Positions 47,569-60,860 of a stretch of DNA of 64,000 nt are shown here, piece after piece; the stretch's first letter is position 1, and each line of letters begins with the position of its first letter. The DNA lies in assembly GCF_006345805.1 (NCBI RefSeq), contig NC_043001.1:103416001-103480000 (forward strand), in the 5' to 3' direction. A program made the translations under genes and the position numbers. The stretch is from Octopus sinensis (lineage: Eukaryota). Under the pieces are notes generated by a model. The model saw only the letters and a program-made list of their open reading frames with translations. It ran no database searches and had not been told where the DNA came from.

Positions 47569-50445
47569 ATCATCATCATCATCATTTAGCGTCCGTTTTC
47601 CATGCTAGCATGGGTTGGACGGTTCTACTGGGGTCTGTGAAGCCAGAAGGCTTCATCAGGCCCAGTCAAATCTGGCAGTGTTTCTACGGCTGGATGCCCT
47701 TCCTAACGCCAACCACTCCGTGAGTGTAGTGGGTGCTTTTTATGTGCCACCGGCACGAGGGCCAGGCGAGGCTGGCAACGGACACGAAACGGGGCGGTGC
47801 TGGCAACGGTCGCAAAACGGAAAGTTCTCTTACATGCCACCGGCACTGGTAACACATCTGCAATTTCCATTGATCGATTTCCATTGATCGATTTCGATTC
47901 TGATCCTCACTTGCCTCAATGGGTCTTCACAAGCAGAGTTTCGACATGCCACCGGCACTGGTAGCACATCCGCAATTTCCATTGATCGATTTCGATTCTG
48001 ATCCTCACTTGCCTCAACACGTCTTCACAAGTAGAGTTTTGTGTCCCAAGAAGGGAAGGTATGCATACGTAGGCTGGCTCCATCCCATGTAGAAGGCCAC
48101 GGGTTGTGGACTCACTTGTCCTGCCGGGTCTTCTCGCGCACAGCACACTTCCAGAGGTCTCGGTCTCTAGTCATTTCCTCAGTGAGACCTAAAGTTCGAA
48201 GGTCGTGCTTCACCACCTCGTCCCAGGTTTTCCTGGGTCTGCCTCTTCCACAGGTTCCCTCAACCGCTAGGGTGTGGCACTTTTTCACACAACTATCTTC
48301 ATCCATTCTCGCCACATGACCATACCAGCGCAAACGTCTCTCTTGCACACCACAACTGATGCTTCTTAGGTCCAGCTTTTCTCTCAAGGTACTTACACTC
48401 TGCCGAGTGTGAGTACCGGCATTACACATCCATCGGAGCATACTGGCTTCATTTCTAGCGAGCTTACGCATATCCTCAGCAGTCACGGCCCATGTTTCAC
48501 TGCCATGTAGCATGGCTGTTCGTACACACGCATCATACAGTCTGCCTTTCACTCTGTGCGAGAGGCCTTTTGTCACCAGCAGAGGTAAGAGCTCTCTGAA
48601 CTTTGCCCAAGCTATTCTTACTCTAGCAGTTACACTTTCAGCACACCTGCCCCCGCTGCTGACTTGGTCACCTAGGTAACGGAAACTATCAACTATTTCT
48701 AGTTTTTCTCCCTGGAAAGTGACGGAAGTTGGTCTCAGAGCATTTTCAGTGTTTATTGTTCCTGAGCATCTGCCACATACAAAAACCATCTTCCTAGTTA
48801 GCCTTCCTTTGACATTGCTGCATCTCTTATGTGTCCATAGCTTACACTTGGTGCATCTTATAGAGTTTCTACCTACACCTTTTCTACAGATCGAGCAGGG
48901 CCATCTACCTGAAGGTGTTTGTGATTTGTCTACCTTCCTACTGATTACGACTTTGGTTTTAGCTAGATTGACTCTGAGGCCCTTCGATTCTAATCCTTGT
49001 TTCCACACCTGAAACTTCTCCTCCAGTTCTGATAGCGACTCAGCAATTAGAGCAAGGTCATCAGCATAGAGGAGCTCCCAAGGGCATCCTGTCTTGAATT
49101 CCTCCGTTATTGCCTGGAGGACTATGATAAATAGGAGGGGGCTGAGTACTGAGCCTTGGTGGACCCCTACCTCTACCGGAATTCTTCACTGTACTCATTT
49201 CCAACCCTCACCCTACTAGCGGCGTCCCTATACATGGCCCGCACAGCTCTCACTAACCATTCATCTATCCCTAGTTTTCTCATTGCCCACCAGATAAGGG
49301 ATCGGGGGACCCTGTCGAAGGCTTTCTCCATGTCAACAAAAGCCAGGTACAGGGGCTTATCTTTGGCTAGGTATTTCTCCTGCAGCTGCCTTACCAGGAA
49401 TATAGCATCAGTAGTACTTTTCCCTGGCACAAACCCAAACTGCATCTCATCTAAACTAACTCTCTCTCTAATTAGTTGGGCTATGACCCTCTCCGTAACC
49501 TTCATCACCTGGTCCAACAGCTTGATACCTCTGTAGTTATTTGTATCTAGGGCATCACCTTTACCTTTGTAGCAGTTGACTATTATACTGCTACACCAGT
49601 CATTGGGTATGACCCCTTTGTGTATCACCTGATTAACTATATGGGTGACTAGGCTATAGCCGACACTACCAGACATTTTGAGCATCTCTGCAGTGATTCC
49701 TGATGGGCCTGGGGCTTTCCCTGTCTTCATGCTTCTAATTGCCTTAGCTACCACAGAACTATCAACTCGGATAGCTGGTCCCTCTGTTGGGTCAACATTC
49801 GGCAGACTCTCTTTATCCATTCATTTTCTTCATTCAGCAACCTTTCATAGTGGCATCTCCAAACCTCTCTCTTTGCATCCTCATTTAGCGCAAGTGAACC
49901 ATCTTCCATGCGAACACACTTCTCTCCTACCACATCACGATTCTCTCTCACACACTGTCTTGCAACACGAAACACCTCCAGTCTTTGGTCCTCACGGCGC
50001 AGAACATTGGCAAATTTTTTCTTATCTGCTTCCCCTCTCGCTAAATAAACCTGTCTCCTAGCTTCTCTTTTGGCAGTCTGATACAATTCCCTGCTACCCC
50101 CATTTTTCCAGACCTTCCAAGCCTGTCTCTTTTCTCTAATAGCCCTGTCTACAATATTGTTCCACCATCACGTTATTCTAGGTCGAGAGGGGACTTTGCA
50201 CCAGCCACAGATCTGTCAGTGGCTCTCAGCAGGTTGTCCCTTAGAAACGTCCAGCTGTCTTCTACCCCCTGTGATGCTCTATCCCCTTCTACTTCGTCAG
50301 AGGCTTCAAGTAATATGTCCCTAAATCTCTGTCCATTTGCAGGATCTTTAAGCTTCCAGATCCTTCTTCTCCATATTTGTCGTCTTCTGGTTGTCCTCCT
50401 AGTCCTGATCCTAAAGTCACTAACTACCAGTCTATGTTGTGGGGT
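47569..50445 (-). mobile_element. Young 5'-truncated RTE-clade LINE
   Basis: From the end of the APE domain (PQHRLVVSDF) through RT (KAPGPSG, VDMEKAFDRVP, GVHQGSVLSPLLF, LLYADDL at 49057-49068) and the C-terminus (RLRWYGHVARM, GRGRPRKTW) to the 3' UTR and (GAT)n tail; three 1-nt deletions and one stop. Confidence 0.96.
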
Positions 50446-50469
50446 ATATATATACATCTACACATAAAA

Positions 50470-51475
50470 TACAAAATACAAAGTTATATCTTGATATCGC
50501 TAGTGATAACAATACTCAAAATATATAACAGAGTGGAATTGTTAGCCCGTCTCTTGTAATTTCGATCAATTGTATCTTGTCCTCCCTCTTGTATAGAAGT
50601 GTGGCTACAATCCAGCCTACCTCTACTTCTGGATGAGGGTGGGGGGGCATTTAAAATTTTTTTTCCTACGTCCCAGATATAAAGGTAAAAATTAAATATT
50701 TCCATTTTGCAAGTTCGAGTCGAGTACTCCCTTACACGCTCCGTTGACTCGAACCTTGCTTCTATTGTGGCAAATTTACCGCCTCTGATTAGATACCTTT
50801 CATAGTCGCACCAAGACACTTTTCGAAGGTGCTTTCCTCCATGTGTTCAAATCTTCTTTTTTCTCTACATTGTATACTTTATAGACAATAGTTTTTTCTT
50901 TAATTTAATTTTTTATTATCCATCTGGACTATTCCATTTCTACACGCTAATCTTATTTTTAATTTATTCCCATTCATGTGAAACCACTTGTTCAAGTCAT
51001 TGATGCAATTTTATACCAATTGCTATTTTTACTTTTGTTATGTTACGATTATATTATACTTTAGTTTGATTTTAATTATTACTTACTACATATAATTCAA
51101 TTGTTATTATTTTTATTGTTAAAGTGAAAGTATCTGACATAAATTAGAGAAATGTTTTTGTTTCACTTATAACACGTAATACTGAAATAGTGGAGAAGAT
51201 ATGATATTGCTATGGGCTCGCTCTAGGCAAGAAGTTGAACATGTTTTTGCCCATGAAACTACATGGACCCTAAGTAAAGCATGTGTAAAATTTGAATGAA
51301 ATTGATTGTGTAGTTCTCAAGTTTTAGGGAATCGTAGTGGAGAAGATATGATATTACTGTGGGCTCGCCCTAAGCAAAAAGTAAAAAATTGAAATTGGTT
51401 GTGTAGTTCTCAAGTTTTAGGGAAACACACAGATAGACAGACAGACACACATTCTCAGTTTTATATATATATATA
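50470..51475 (-). mobile_element. Probable Helitron/Helentron-type non-autonomous element
   Basis: Minus start TATATATAAAACTGAGAATGTGTGTCTGTCTGTC...; internal duplication (51189-51331 vs 51336-51423); left boundary uncertain. Confidence 0.45.
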
Positions 51476-52240
51476 CAGGATGTTTGGGCTAAATTTAACA
51501 ATTTGCTTTAAAGGAAACAGAGACACAATATCCTGTCCAAAAATAAAATAAAAAAATTTTTTTTAATCAAAATATATCAACTCAATTATGGCTGGGAGAT
51601 AATAATTTACTCAAAGTAACTGCCCTCAGCTTCTACTATGGGTCCAAAACCTGACACGTGCATTCCTCACTGTGTCCCTGAGAAGATCTTCAAACACATC
51701 CTTAATCTTGCCTGCCAGCTAACCCTTGGTGTTCCAGGTAGAGCAGTTGGTATTTTTTTCAACTGCATTCCACACCTAGGGATTGGAATCAGGGGAATTA
51801 GGCAGTCAAACATTGGGGCCAGTAAAGCCAGCCAATTCTGACTCTTTCTGTTGGTATGGCAAGGAGCTGAATCTTGCTGCCACAGATATGACCTTCCAGC
51901 AGCAACCCGCTCCAGCCAAGTTTTGATCCGTATTCAGCAGCTTCAGTCATCTGAACTGACCCTGAACCTGTTTCAAAGATGTGGAGTGGCATGGCATTAC
52001 TCTCACTGGAGACACACCCAAAGACCATCACCTTTCTCTTCCTGCTGGTTGTCATTGTAAGACTTAACGGGGACAGCTCTGTTGCTGTTGTCCATGTCCT
52101 GTCTCACAGCTTTTTCAGTGTTCACAGAGCATTGAGCAGCAGACATGATCTCAGCATTTTGATATCTGGTATGAATCATCAAAATACAAATAACCATTTT
52201 CCATTATCCAGATGGCTTCCAGCCCTCCATCTTGGGTAAC
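51476..52240 (-). pseudogene. Degenerate DD37D (maT-like) Tc1/mariner transposon
   Basis: TA|CAGGATGT end; minus-strand fragments VMVFGCVSSE, WLERVAAGRSYLWQQDSAPCH, PNSPD and VEAEGSYFE*. Confidence 0.75.
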
Positions 52241-52350
52241 TTTCAGTGTCTGTCTACCAAATCTACCCACAAGTCTTTGGTCAGCCTAAGTACTATGTAG
52301 TGGGACTGAACCCAAAATTCTGTGGTTGGGAAGCAATCTTTAAACCACTC
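52235..52350 (-). mobile_element. SINE family A, 5' part
   Basis: TTTCAGTGTCTGTCTACCAAATC...GTGGGACTGAACCC. Confidence 0.6.
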
Positions 52351-53074
52351 TGTTGTTTAATATATTTTTATGTATCTATTATTTTCAAATGTTTTGTAAC
52401 AAAAAAAAAAAAAAAACACTCATTGCAGGAAAAAAAAAGTGATCCATCTCCACAACTGGAATTATTTTCAGATATTGATCTTATCTTCTTTGAATCTTTT
52501 TTCCCATTGCTGTGGCCATCGTTGATAAATTGGTCATTTCTAATTGAACAACACTGATTAGATCTTACTCAAAGCTGATACTAAAATATTTTTGCAGTCA
52601 AATATTTCCACAAAACATTTGAAAATGTTTTGTTCTAATTTTTTCTTTTAGTCTTTCCATCTTTTTGATAAATAATATAATATCAAACTCCCCACCCCAT
52701 CCACTGCAGGCCCCTCCATCCTCCTTCACATGCCTATCCACACACTCTCCATGTCCTCACACATCTACCACACTCCAGCCATGCCCAATACCTCTCACCA
52801 TCACTTGCTATCTCTGCTATCTTTAAATGTCTCCCTCACACACTTATGAAACATCTCCCCCTGTCTCCTTTCTGCTGCTTATACTCCTCACCATTGACCC
52901 CTGAAGGCAGACCCTTTCTGTTTCACTGACTGTCTCTCTATTTCTCGCTTTCCTTCCTTGTCCAACTGAAGTAACCTCAATAGCACGAGGCCTGCTTCTG
53001 TCCCTCTGTCAGGCTCTAATCTCTCGGTTCCTCTCCCTCTCTCATCAGTTGAAAGGTCTTTGTCTAGCAAGATC

Positions 53075-53230
53075 ACAGGTGCTGGTGCCATGTAAAAAGC
53101 ACTGAGTCCACTTTGTTTAGTAGATGGTGTTAGTGAGGGCATCAAGCCATAGAAACCATGCCAAAACAGACAACTGGGACCTCATGCAACTCTATGGTTA
53201 GCCAGCCCCTCTCAACCCACCCAACACAAG
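53075..53230 (+). mobile_element. RTE 3'-UTR copy with CT-rich upstream body
   Basis: GCTGGTGCCATGTAAAAAGCAC...AGAAACCATGCCAAAACAGAC. Confidence 0.65.
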
Positions 53231-54103
53231 ACAGCAAAGGAAACAGAAGGGGTTGTGGTGGTGGTGGTTGTCATCATCTTTATATCTTGGCTGTTAAATG
53301 CCATCTTCCATCCTTTCTTTTATTATTTTTTAAGTAGATCTAATGCACAGTGTACCATATTAGAGACAATCTACCAGAGGAATTAAACAAATATTTAACG
53401 AGAGAGTTCTTCAGTCTAAATGGTGAAACCTGTTTTTATCGGACATACTTGACTAATGTTTGATGTTTGTACCACTGCAGTGATGGAAGACGCAAAACAT
53501 TATATCTCATTAAAGATGATCTCATCTGCAGTTTAAACAATTCACTTAATCTTCATAGAATAGATTTATATTTTGGAATTTCAGCAATAAAGACAAACCA
53601 TTAAAATACGCAAAGATAAACATCAGAGAGACATAACCATTGATAGAATCAGAAGATAAAAGTTTCTTGAGAAAGTAGATGAGTGATGCTACAGAAAATT
53701 CTTCCTGCGCAAGCCATTCTCCAACAACCATTTTATGGAGAATTCTTTGGGTTGTTGTTAGTTTACTGTTTGTTATATTTTGTATTTAAAAAATAGAAAA
53801 TGAAGATAGAAATGTTTTGAATCTGTAATTTGTAGAATTGTGTTTGTTTTTATGTTGTAGAATGAGAGACATGAGGAAAAAACCAAGGTGGTTGTCTAAC
53901 AGTTATGATTCTCTGGTGAGGGAAGTGTGTGGGTGTGGATAGATAGGTTGATAGATGGCAGCATGGAAAACCGAAGTTAAAGGATGATGGCTGCGATCAT
54001 GCTAGAGATAGAGAGACAGATCTGTAGAGAGATATCTTGCAAGAGTTATTGTAATCTATTACTGTATGGGATACTTTATTGATCTTGTCTAGCCTATGTT
54101 TAA

Positions 54104-54329
54104 CCCTTTAGTATGCAAACTGACCATATCCACCCCAGATATTCTACCTGTTTTATATTCAAATTGGCCAGATCTGGACTCTCACACCTGCCCTACAATC
54201 TCATTCTAAAAATAACAATCACAGCATCAAAATCCCAAAGAGACAAGATAATGAATGATTAATTCATTAGAGTAATTAGAGTAGAGTAATTAGCATTACA
54301 TTTGGCAGAGGAATTGGAATGCTAAAAGC
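54104..54329. mobile_element. piggyBac-type MITE, family 2
   Basis: TTAA|CCCTTTAG...CTAAAAGC|TTAA; colinear with 15405-15625. Confidence 0.75.
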
Positions 54330-54625
54330 TTAAACTAGAAAAGCTTATTGTTTTGTTTTCTCTTGACAAATTATTCCAAGGAACTGGTTTTAATCAAATG
54401 ATGGTAGATCTCTTTTGTCTTTTGTGATTCTTGTTGACATGCTCTGATTTTACTAGTCTCTGAAAATATGTCACCCAAAGACTTATTGTGATACATCATT
54501 CATTAATTATGGTGAAAACTCACAAAGATTAGAAATTCTGAGAGAAATTCAGATTTTATTTATCAAGGTGTTCCTTATGTTCTATCACCAATGTTCTTTC
54601 CAAGAGAAGAAATAAATAAAAAACA

Positions 54626-54940
54626 TTCATCATCATCATCGTTTAACATCCATTTTCCATGCTAGCATGGGTTGGATGGTTCGACCAGGTTCTGGGAAGC
54701 CAGGAGGCTGCACTAGACTGCAGTCTGGTCTGGCAGTGTTTCTACAGCTGGATGCCCTTCCTAACGCTAACCACTCTGTGAGTGTAGTGGGTGTTTTTAA
54801 TGTGCGACCAGCACAGGTGCCAGGGGAAGCTGGCAACAGCCACAATCGGTTGGTGCTTTTTACGTGCCACCGGCACGGAAGCCAGTCAAGGCGGCACTGG
54901 CAACGGCCACGTTTGGATGGTGTTTTTTATGTGCCACCGT
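54626..54940 (-). mobile_element. RTE 3'-UTR copy
   Basis: (CAT)n tail plus ~3 internal units. Confidence 0.85.
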
Positions 54941-55974
54941 ATATAATCAAATTACTGAGAAAAAAATCTCATAATTACTTCATTAAGGAAACGAAGAAAA
55001 AAAGAATGAAGGGTGGGGAATTAAGCAGGAGAAGGTGGGAGAGGTGGGCTGTATACCTCAGACCAAATGGTGTGACATGATTGCAATGGCATTGCTGCAA
55101 AGAATGGCCAGCAGCACTTGAAATTCTTTGTACTTTCCAGGTAATCTGATGATAAACCGAAAGATCCTTCTTTTAGTTTGTTATCAGATTTGTTATCTGC
55201 TAAAAACAGCAGCTAAATCTCCCTCAAATCACACCCTACTACCTTGAAAGAAACAAAGACATTGGACAAAGCGTGTCTAGAAATTAGTTGGTCACAGTTG
55301 ATCTAGCAAGTGGGACCTCATATCAGTGAAGCGGGTGGTGGGGTGCATTGATGCCTTCGAGAGGTAGGCTCCAAAACGGTGCACATTCTCTCCTGATGAC
55401 CCCATACACTTGCTGGCTTCCTGTATGTGGAGTTTTTGACTGGTAGCACTTGCATGTGCAAGTTGATTGCAAAACAAGAAATATCTGGAATGCTGTTGAT
55501 CATAAATCTATTGGAACGGGTCAGAATTAGCAATGAAATATTTGATATTTGAAAGGATTTCTATGATTTCTGAAACAAGTGGCCGGCAAAATAGGGTCAA
55601 CTTTAAGGAGACAAAATAATTGCATTTTTTTTGCATTTTGGTAAGAAAAGGGTAATTATTATGCAGCAAAGCGAGATTTCTTATGAACATTGGTTTCGAA
55701 TTTTGGCACAAGGCCTGCAATTTCGGGGGACAGGGAAGTCAATTACAACAACGACTGCTAAGCATTTTGTTCAGTATGCTAATAATTCTGCCAGCTCGTT
55801 AACTTATATTTCATATTAATATCAATTAAATCTTTAATTAATTATTATTGTCTAATTCTAAAAGAGAAAATTAAAGAAATCTGATCACTTTTGGCCTCGT
55901 TTAGGATTCTTATTTATTGGTGTAACCTCAATATATCAAGTTACACTGCAAGATGGGTTAAGTAGAAAGACTTC

Positions 55975-56255
55975 AAAGGGAGGGAGAGGGAGAGAAAGAT
56001 AATGAGAGAGAGAGAGAATGAGGGAGAGAGAGAATGAGGGAGAAAGAGTGAGGGAGAGAGGGAATGAGGGAGAAAGAGAATGGGGAGAAAGAGAGAGAGC
56101 AGGGAGAGTGAGGAAGAGACAGAGAATGAGAGAGAGAGAGGGAGAGAGTGAAGGAGGGACAGAGAATGAGAGAGAGAGAGAGGCAGAGACAGAATGAGAG
56201 AGAGAGAGAGGGGGCAGGGAGAGCGAGGGCGAGACAGAGAATGTGGGAGAGATAA
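55975..56255. repeat. GA-rich low-complexity tract
   Basis: Degenerate (GA)n with AATGAGGGAGA units. Confidence 0.9.
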
Positions 56256-56384
56256 ATTTGTCTTTCATTCCTCAATCAAAGAACAATATTTTCTAAGCCT
56301 CATCTTGAATCGTGGTTAAAGCTTTGAACACAGAAAATGGATGAATCCGCTCCAAATTCTTTGCTATTTACTGTGGAAGTTACT

Positions 56385-56642
56385 TGGTGACCCTGCTAGA
56401 AACTGGTGCCGATTGGAAAGCAACTGTGCTGGTACCACAGAAAAAGAAGCTGTGCTAGTGCCAGGCAGAAACCACTGGTGCCAGTACCATGTAAAAACCA
56501 TCCAGTAAAGTAGTTGGTACTTGAACGGGCATCCAGCTGTGGAGACCATTCCAAAACAGACCACTGGAGCTTAGGGCAGCTCTCCAATTCGCCAGCAACC
56601 CATGCTGGCATGAAAAATGGATGTTAAATAACGATGATGATG
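56385..56642 (+). mobile_element. RTE 3'-UTR copy
   Basis: Ends CCCATGCTGGCATGAAAAATGGATGTTAAATAACGATGATGAT. Confidence 0.7.
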
Positions 56643-56929
56643 TGGGAGGCAGATTTACCTGCCACTTCACAAAAGATAATTTTTCAGATTTTCTTGGTGC
56701 TTTCACATATTTCACCAAATATCTTTTTACAGAACAAGAATCAAATATTTTTGTGGGGTGAATATGAAAACAGAACTTATAGCAGAGACGGAAACAGTAT
56801 TGCAGAGACAGAAAATGTTGGTTTTATTTTTTGGTGGATAATTAATATCGTTAAGGGAATGAGCACAAAAAATTTAATTAAGCAGTCAAAAGGTTAAAGC
56901 TCTCCTTCCTATGTAAGAGACAATTATCT

Positions 56930-57305
56930 GAGATCATCACCATCATCATCATCATCATCATCATCATCATTCTTATTACCATCTCTATAATCATCATCTT
57001 CACCATTGATGCGATTGTTGCTTTCATTACTATTGTAGGTATACTTGTTATCATCAGTTCTTATCTCATCATCATCATCATCATCATTGTCGTCGTCGTC
57101 ATCGTTGTCGTCATCATCATCATCACCATTATTTAATGTTCGTTTTCCAAGTATGGTTTGACAGAAACTGGTAAGTCAGAGGACTATCCGACATGCAAGT
57201 TCCTGACTTGCTGCTCTTTGCTTTGGCATGGTTTCTCCAGCCGGATGCCCTCCCCAACCTCAACCACTCTGCAGAGTCCACTGGGTGCCTTTCCCGTGGG
57301 TGTTG
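56930..57305 (-). repeat. Expanded (CAT)n tract and degenerate RTE tail
   Basis: (CAT/CGT)n at 56930-57135 followed by CCGGATGCCCTCCCC..CAACCACTC. Confidence 0.7.
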
Positions 57306-58509
57306 GGTTCATAAGATATTTCATATTTAAGCAATAACTAATATTTGTATTTGATATTGGCCTTTTTGCTACAAAACTAATGTTTTTTCCCACTTGCCAA
57401 ATCTGGAAGAAGAAGTAGAACCCATGATTCCCAAAGGCCCCACTATATTCCACCCTGCCAATTGCCAATGGAATAACTGATTAAAATTCTGCCTTTCCAT
57501 TTAGGTTTATTCTTGATCCTGACTCATCAACACTGCAGAGATGAAAGGAATCAATTTTGATATGACTAGAATTCAAAAACAGTGAAATCAAAATACAATT
57601 TTATGAAATGAAAAATCGTTTGATCTGTATATCTTGGCTAACACCACTTTTTTTTTTTACCTGAAATAAATAATGGAAGAATCTTACAAAATAACAGGGA
57701 AGAGCTATTGTTGGTTAAATTGAGTTCAGGACATGACTAGAATATAATTTATCACACAAAAGGGAGATGAAAAGCAACAAGAAAGGAACTGAAAGCCATA
57801 ATGCATGTAAGTCTTCTTCTAAGCAGAGAGATTTTATGTAACATGGAGATAATGTTCAAGGTTTATCTTTCAATGATTGTAGGAAAGGCTTTGAGCAAAC
57901 AAGACCACACTAACATTGATGTATTATGTGTATGTGTGTGCATGCGTGCAAGCATGCACATGTGCATGCACAAAAATGCACACGTATGCATACAAATGTT
58001 CTTGTGATAAGCTATGCTTTATTCCATGAAGTGTTTCTTGTTTTTTTTTTTCTGCTATGAGTAAATATATTTCGCAACAGAGATACAATCTGAGAAATGA
58101 GCCCTGCAACATGGGGTGGCTGTTGCAGCAAGTGGCACTGGCCGTTCTCTGTGGCAACTGGCCATTCTCTCACTGGCCGTTCTCTGTGCCTTTGCAATCA
58201 TGTTTGTGCTTCATTTGCTCTGAGGTCTACAACCCACTACTCCTTCCACCCCCTCATCTTCTCCTGCTTAATCCCCCCCACCACCACCAGCCCCAACCCT
58301 CAAAACATTTTTTTCTTTGTTTCCTGGGTAGGATGTTAAGGGTTTTGTTTCTCTCAATAATCTGATCTTTTATACTTCTTTTAATGTTTTTTTTTCTTTC
58401 TTTTCTTCCTGCAAAAATATTTTGTTCATAAAATTGGCAAATTGTTGGGAAAAAAAATGATAATAACCAAACAGTCACAATGTTATGACTTTACTTCTCT
58501 CTTGCAACA

Positions 58510-58945
58510 TCACCATCATCATCATCATCATCATCATCTTCGTTTAACATCAGTTTTCCATGCTCTCATGGGTTGGATGGTTTGACTGGGGACTGGCAAT
58601 CCAGGAGGCCACACCAGGCTCCAATCTCACCTGGCAATGTTTCTACAGCTGGATGCCCTTCCTAATGCCAACCACTCTGAGAGTGTTGTGAGTGCTTTTT
58701 ATGTGCCACCCGCATGAGACCCAGTCAGGCGGCACTGGCATCAGCCCGTTTGGATGGTGCTTTTTACATGCTTATAGCACAGGAGCCACTTGGGGCGGGG
58801 CTGGCCTCGACCATGTTTGGATGGCGCTTTTTACATGCCACCGGCACGGGGATCCAGTCAGGCGGCACTGGCAACGAGCCACGCATGAATGATGCTTATT
58901 GCATGCCACCAGCACGAGAGCCAATCAGGTGGCACTGGCATCAGC
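58510..58945 (-). mobile_element. RTE 3'-UTR copy with internal repeats
   Basis: (CAT)n tail plus ~4 units. Confidence 0.85.
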
Positions 58946-59261
58946 CACAACAACAATTTCCATTTTTGATTTGATTTTTGCTTTTAAAAATCACAATATT
59001 GTACAATAATTATTTCCAATTTGGCCCAAGTTTTTAACTTAAGGCCACAACAACTATATCCATTCTTTAAATTTTGGCACAAGGTTGTTGTAACACAAGA
59101 AGGAGAACATAGTTGAGAAAATCAAGCTCAATACTGGACTGGTTATTATTTTATCAAGGATGAAAGACAAAGCCAAATTGGCCAGGATTTGGATTCAGAA
59201 CGTTAAGAGATTCAACAAAGCAAAAGACGTTTATTGATGCACGATTGTGTATAGAAGAATA

Positions 59262-59942
59262 TATTGCTCAAAGAAATTCCAACTTTGTCTGATTCTCATG
59301 TTTTATTTTCAATCTTATAAGAATATGATATTATGAAATGATGGAATATTAAATGTCCATTAAACTATGCAATCTTCAGGTTCACCTTATCTTATATCAT
59401 ATTATTATAAGGGCTCTGAAAGGGTGTCTAAAGCCAGTTGGAGACGATGATCTCCTGGGGCTAAAAAGCTACAGTAACACCCCCACTTTGTGGTTAGCCA
59501 TATTGAGATGGCTTTTATACTTTACATTATCGAGCAGTTACTGTTTACATCTCGCTCTGAGATTTAATAATGCTTACAGTCAGTTTTTCGAAATCAGTGG
59601 CCGATGTCACTAGAAAAACTCTTATATATTTGCAAAGCAGGCCTTGTCTTTCATCGTGACCTGGTGGTTACCGCCCGTTGATAAGAGACAATAATCTCAA
59701 AACCGGTCCATGTGTATCACTCAGGCTTGCGAGGAAGGGATGGCCTCCCTTTGCAAATACTTCAATGGCACTGAAAGGGTGTCTAAAGCCAGCTGGAGAT
59801 GATGATCTCCTGGGGCTAAAAAGCTACAGTAACACCCCCACTTTGTGGTTAGCCATATTGAGATGGCTTTTATACTTTATATTATTATAAGATTGTAAAT
59901 AAAATGCAAAATCAGACAAAGTTGGAATTTCTTTGAGTAATA
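59262..59942. mobile_element. Element with ~60-bp inverted ends enclosing a family B-related partial tandem
   Basis: TATTGCTCAAAGAAATTCCAACTTTGTCTGATT / AATCAGACAAAGTTGGAATTTCTTTGAGTAATA; internal repeat period 355 (59416 vs 59771). Confidence 0.8.
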
Positions 59943-59960
59943 TATATATATATATATATA

Positions 59961-60480
59961 CAGTGTTTGGACAAAATAATTGAATATCATCATAGCATCA
60001 TAATTTTGAAATATCTATAAAACCGTCAAAGGCTTGTTTATTTTTATGTTTTTTGATTTATTATTAGTGTTGCTTAATATGGTTTGTTAAAATTGCTGTT
60101 TCTTTTCTGATGATATCCGAAAAAGGTGATTAAAATCCATTAAAATGACAGATCTATCGGACTTTTAAAGAGTCCAAATTGTTGGTGCTCGTATGACAGG
60201 TGCTAGCATAACAAAAACAACTGAAATATTTGGTGTATCAAGAAGTATTGTCTTGAAAGTAATGACAGCCTTTGAGAAAGAAGGAAAAAACTCCTTGTTG
60301 AAACAAATCTCCGGAAGAAAATCAAAATTTTCAGATAGGGACCGTTGCATTATTATGAGAATTGTTAGAAAGGATCACAAAACTACAGCTCCCACAATTA
60401 CTGCAGAGCTTAATGACCACCTTGAGAACCCAGTTTCCACAAAAACTGTTCACCAGGAACTGCACAAAAAAAAAGGTTTC
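59961..60480 (+). pseudogene. Tc1-like transposon 5' fragment
   Basis: TA|CAGTG start; MTDLSDF*RVQIVGARMTGASITKTTEIFGVSRS...GRKSKFSDRDR...TAELN...VSTKTV (paired-like HTH), truncated. Confidence 0.85.
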
Positions 60481-60860
60481 TCCTAGCGTTCACTATTTTC
60501 CTCACGTTCTGGTCCAACGACCTTCCATGTTTGTTTTTGTTCGGTTTCCTTGTATGTCTCTGCTGTCATTTTTTTTGTTCCCAGCTTTGACCCTCCATAA
60601 ATCCCAAATTTTATTTTAGAATTTATGGGAGCAACTGTCTTTGAAGACTCATATTGTCGTTGAATGCTCGAGACAGCCGATAACTGATGAAGGGTCCTTT
60701 TTCTGTATTGACTTGTCCTGTTTTCCATCTTTCTCGTTGTTTACATATTTCACTCATTTTCCCTCGTTTGTTTACGTATTTTATGTTATTTGCCCCGTTG
60801 GTGACGTCCTGTGTCCATATATGCATGTGTGTATATATATGTATACACATGTGTGTGTAT

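Noticed and set aside
48112-49820. Independent protein-coding genes from the 298-aa and 215-aa ORFs
   Set aside because: They are consecutive pieces of one frameshifted RTE ORF.
53546-53731. 61-aa hydrophobic minus-strand ORF as an exon of a second gene
   Set aside because: GTG start, no recognisable motif, and no consistent splice sites or partner exons.
55147-55170. CTGATGA-TAAACC-GAAA
   Set aside because: Too short for stem II and no stem I.
60687-60705. CTGATGAAGGG in a repeat
   Set aside because: No downstream GAAA core.
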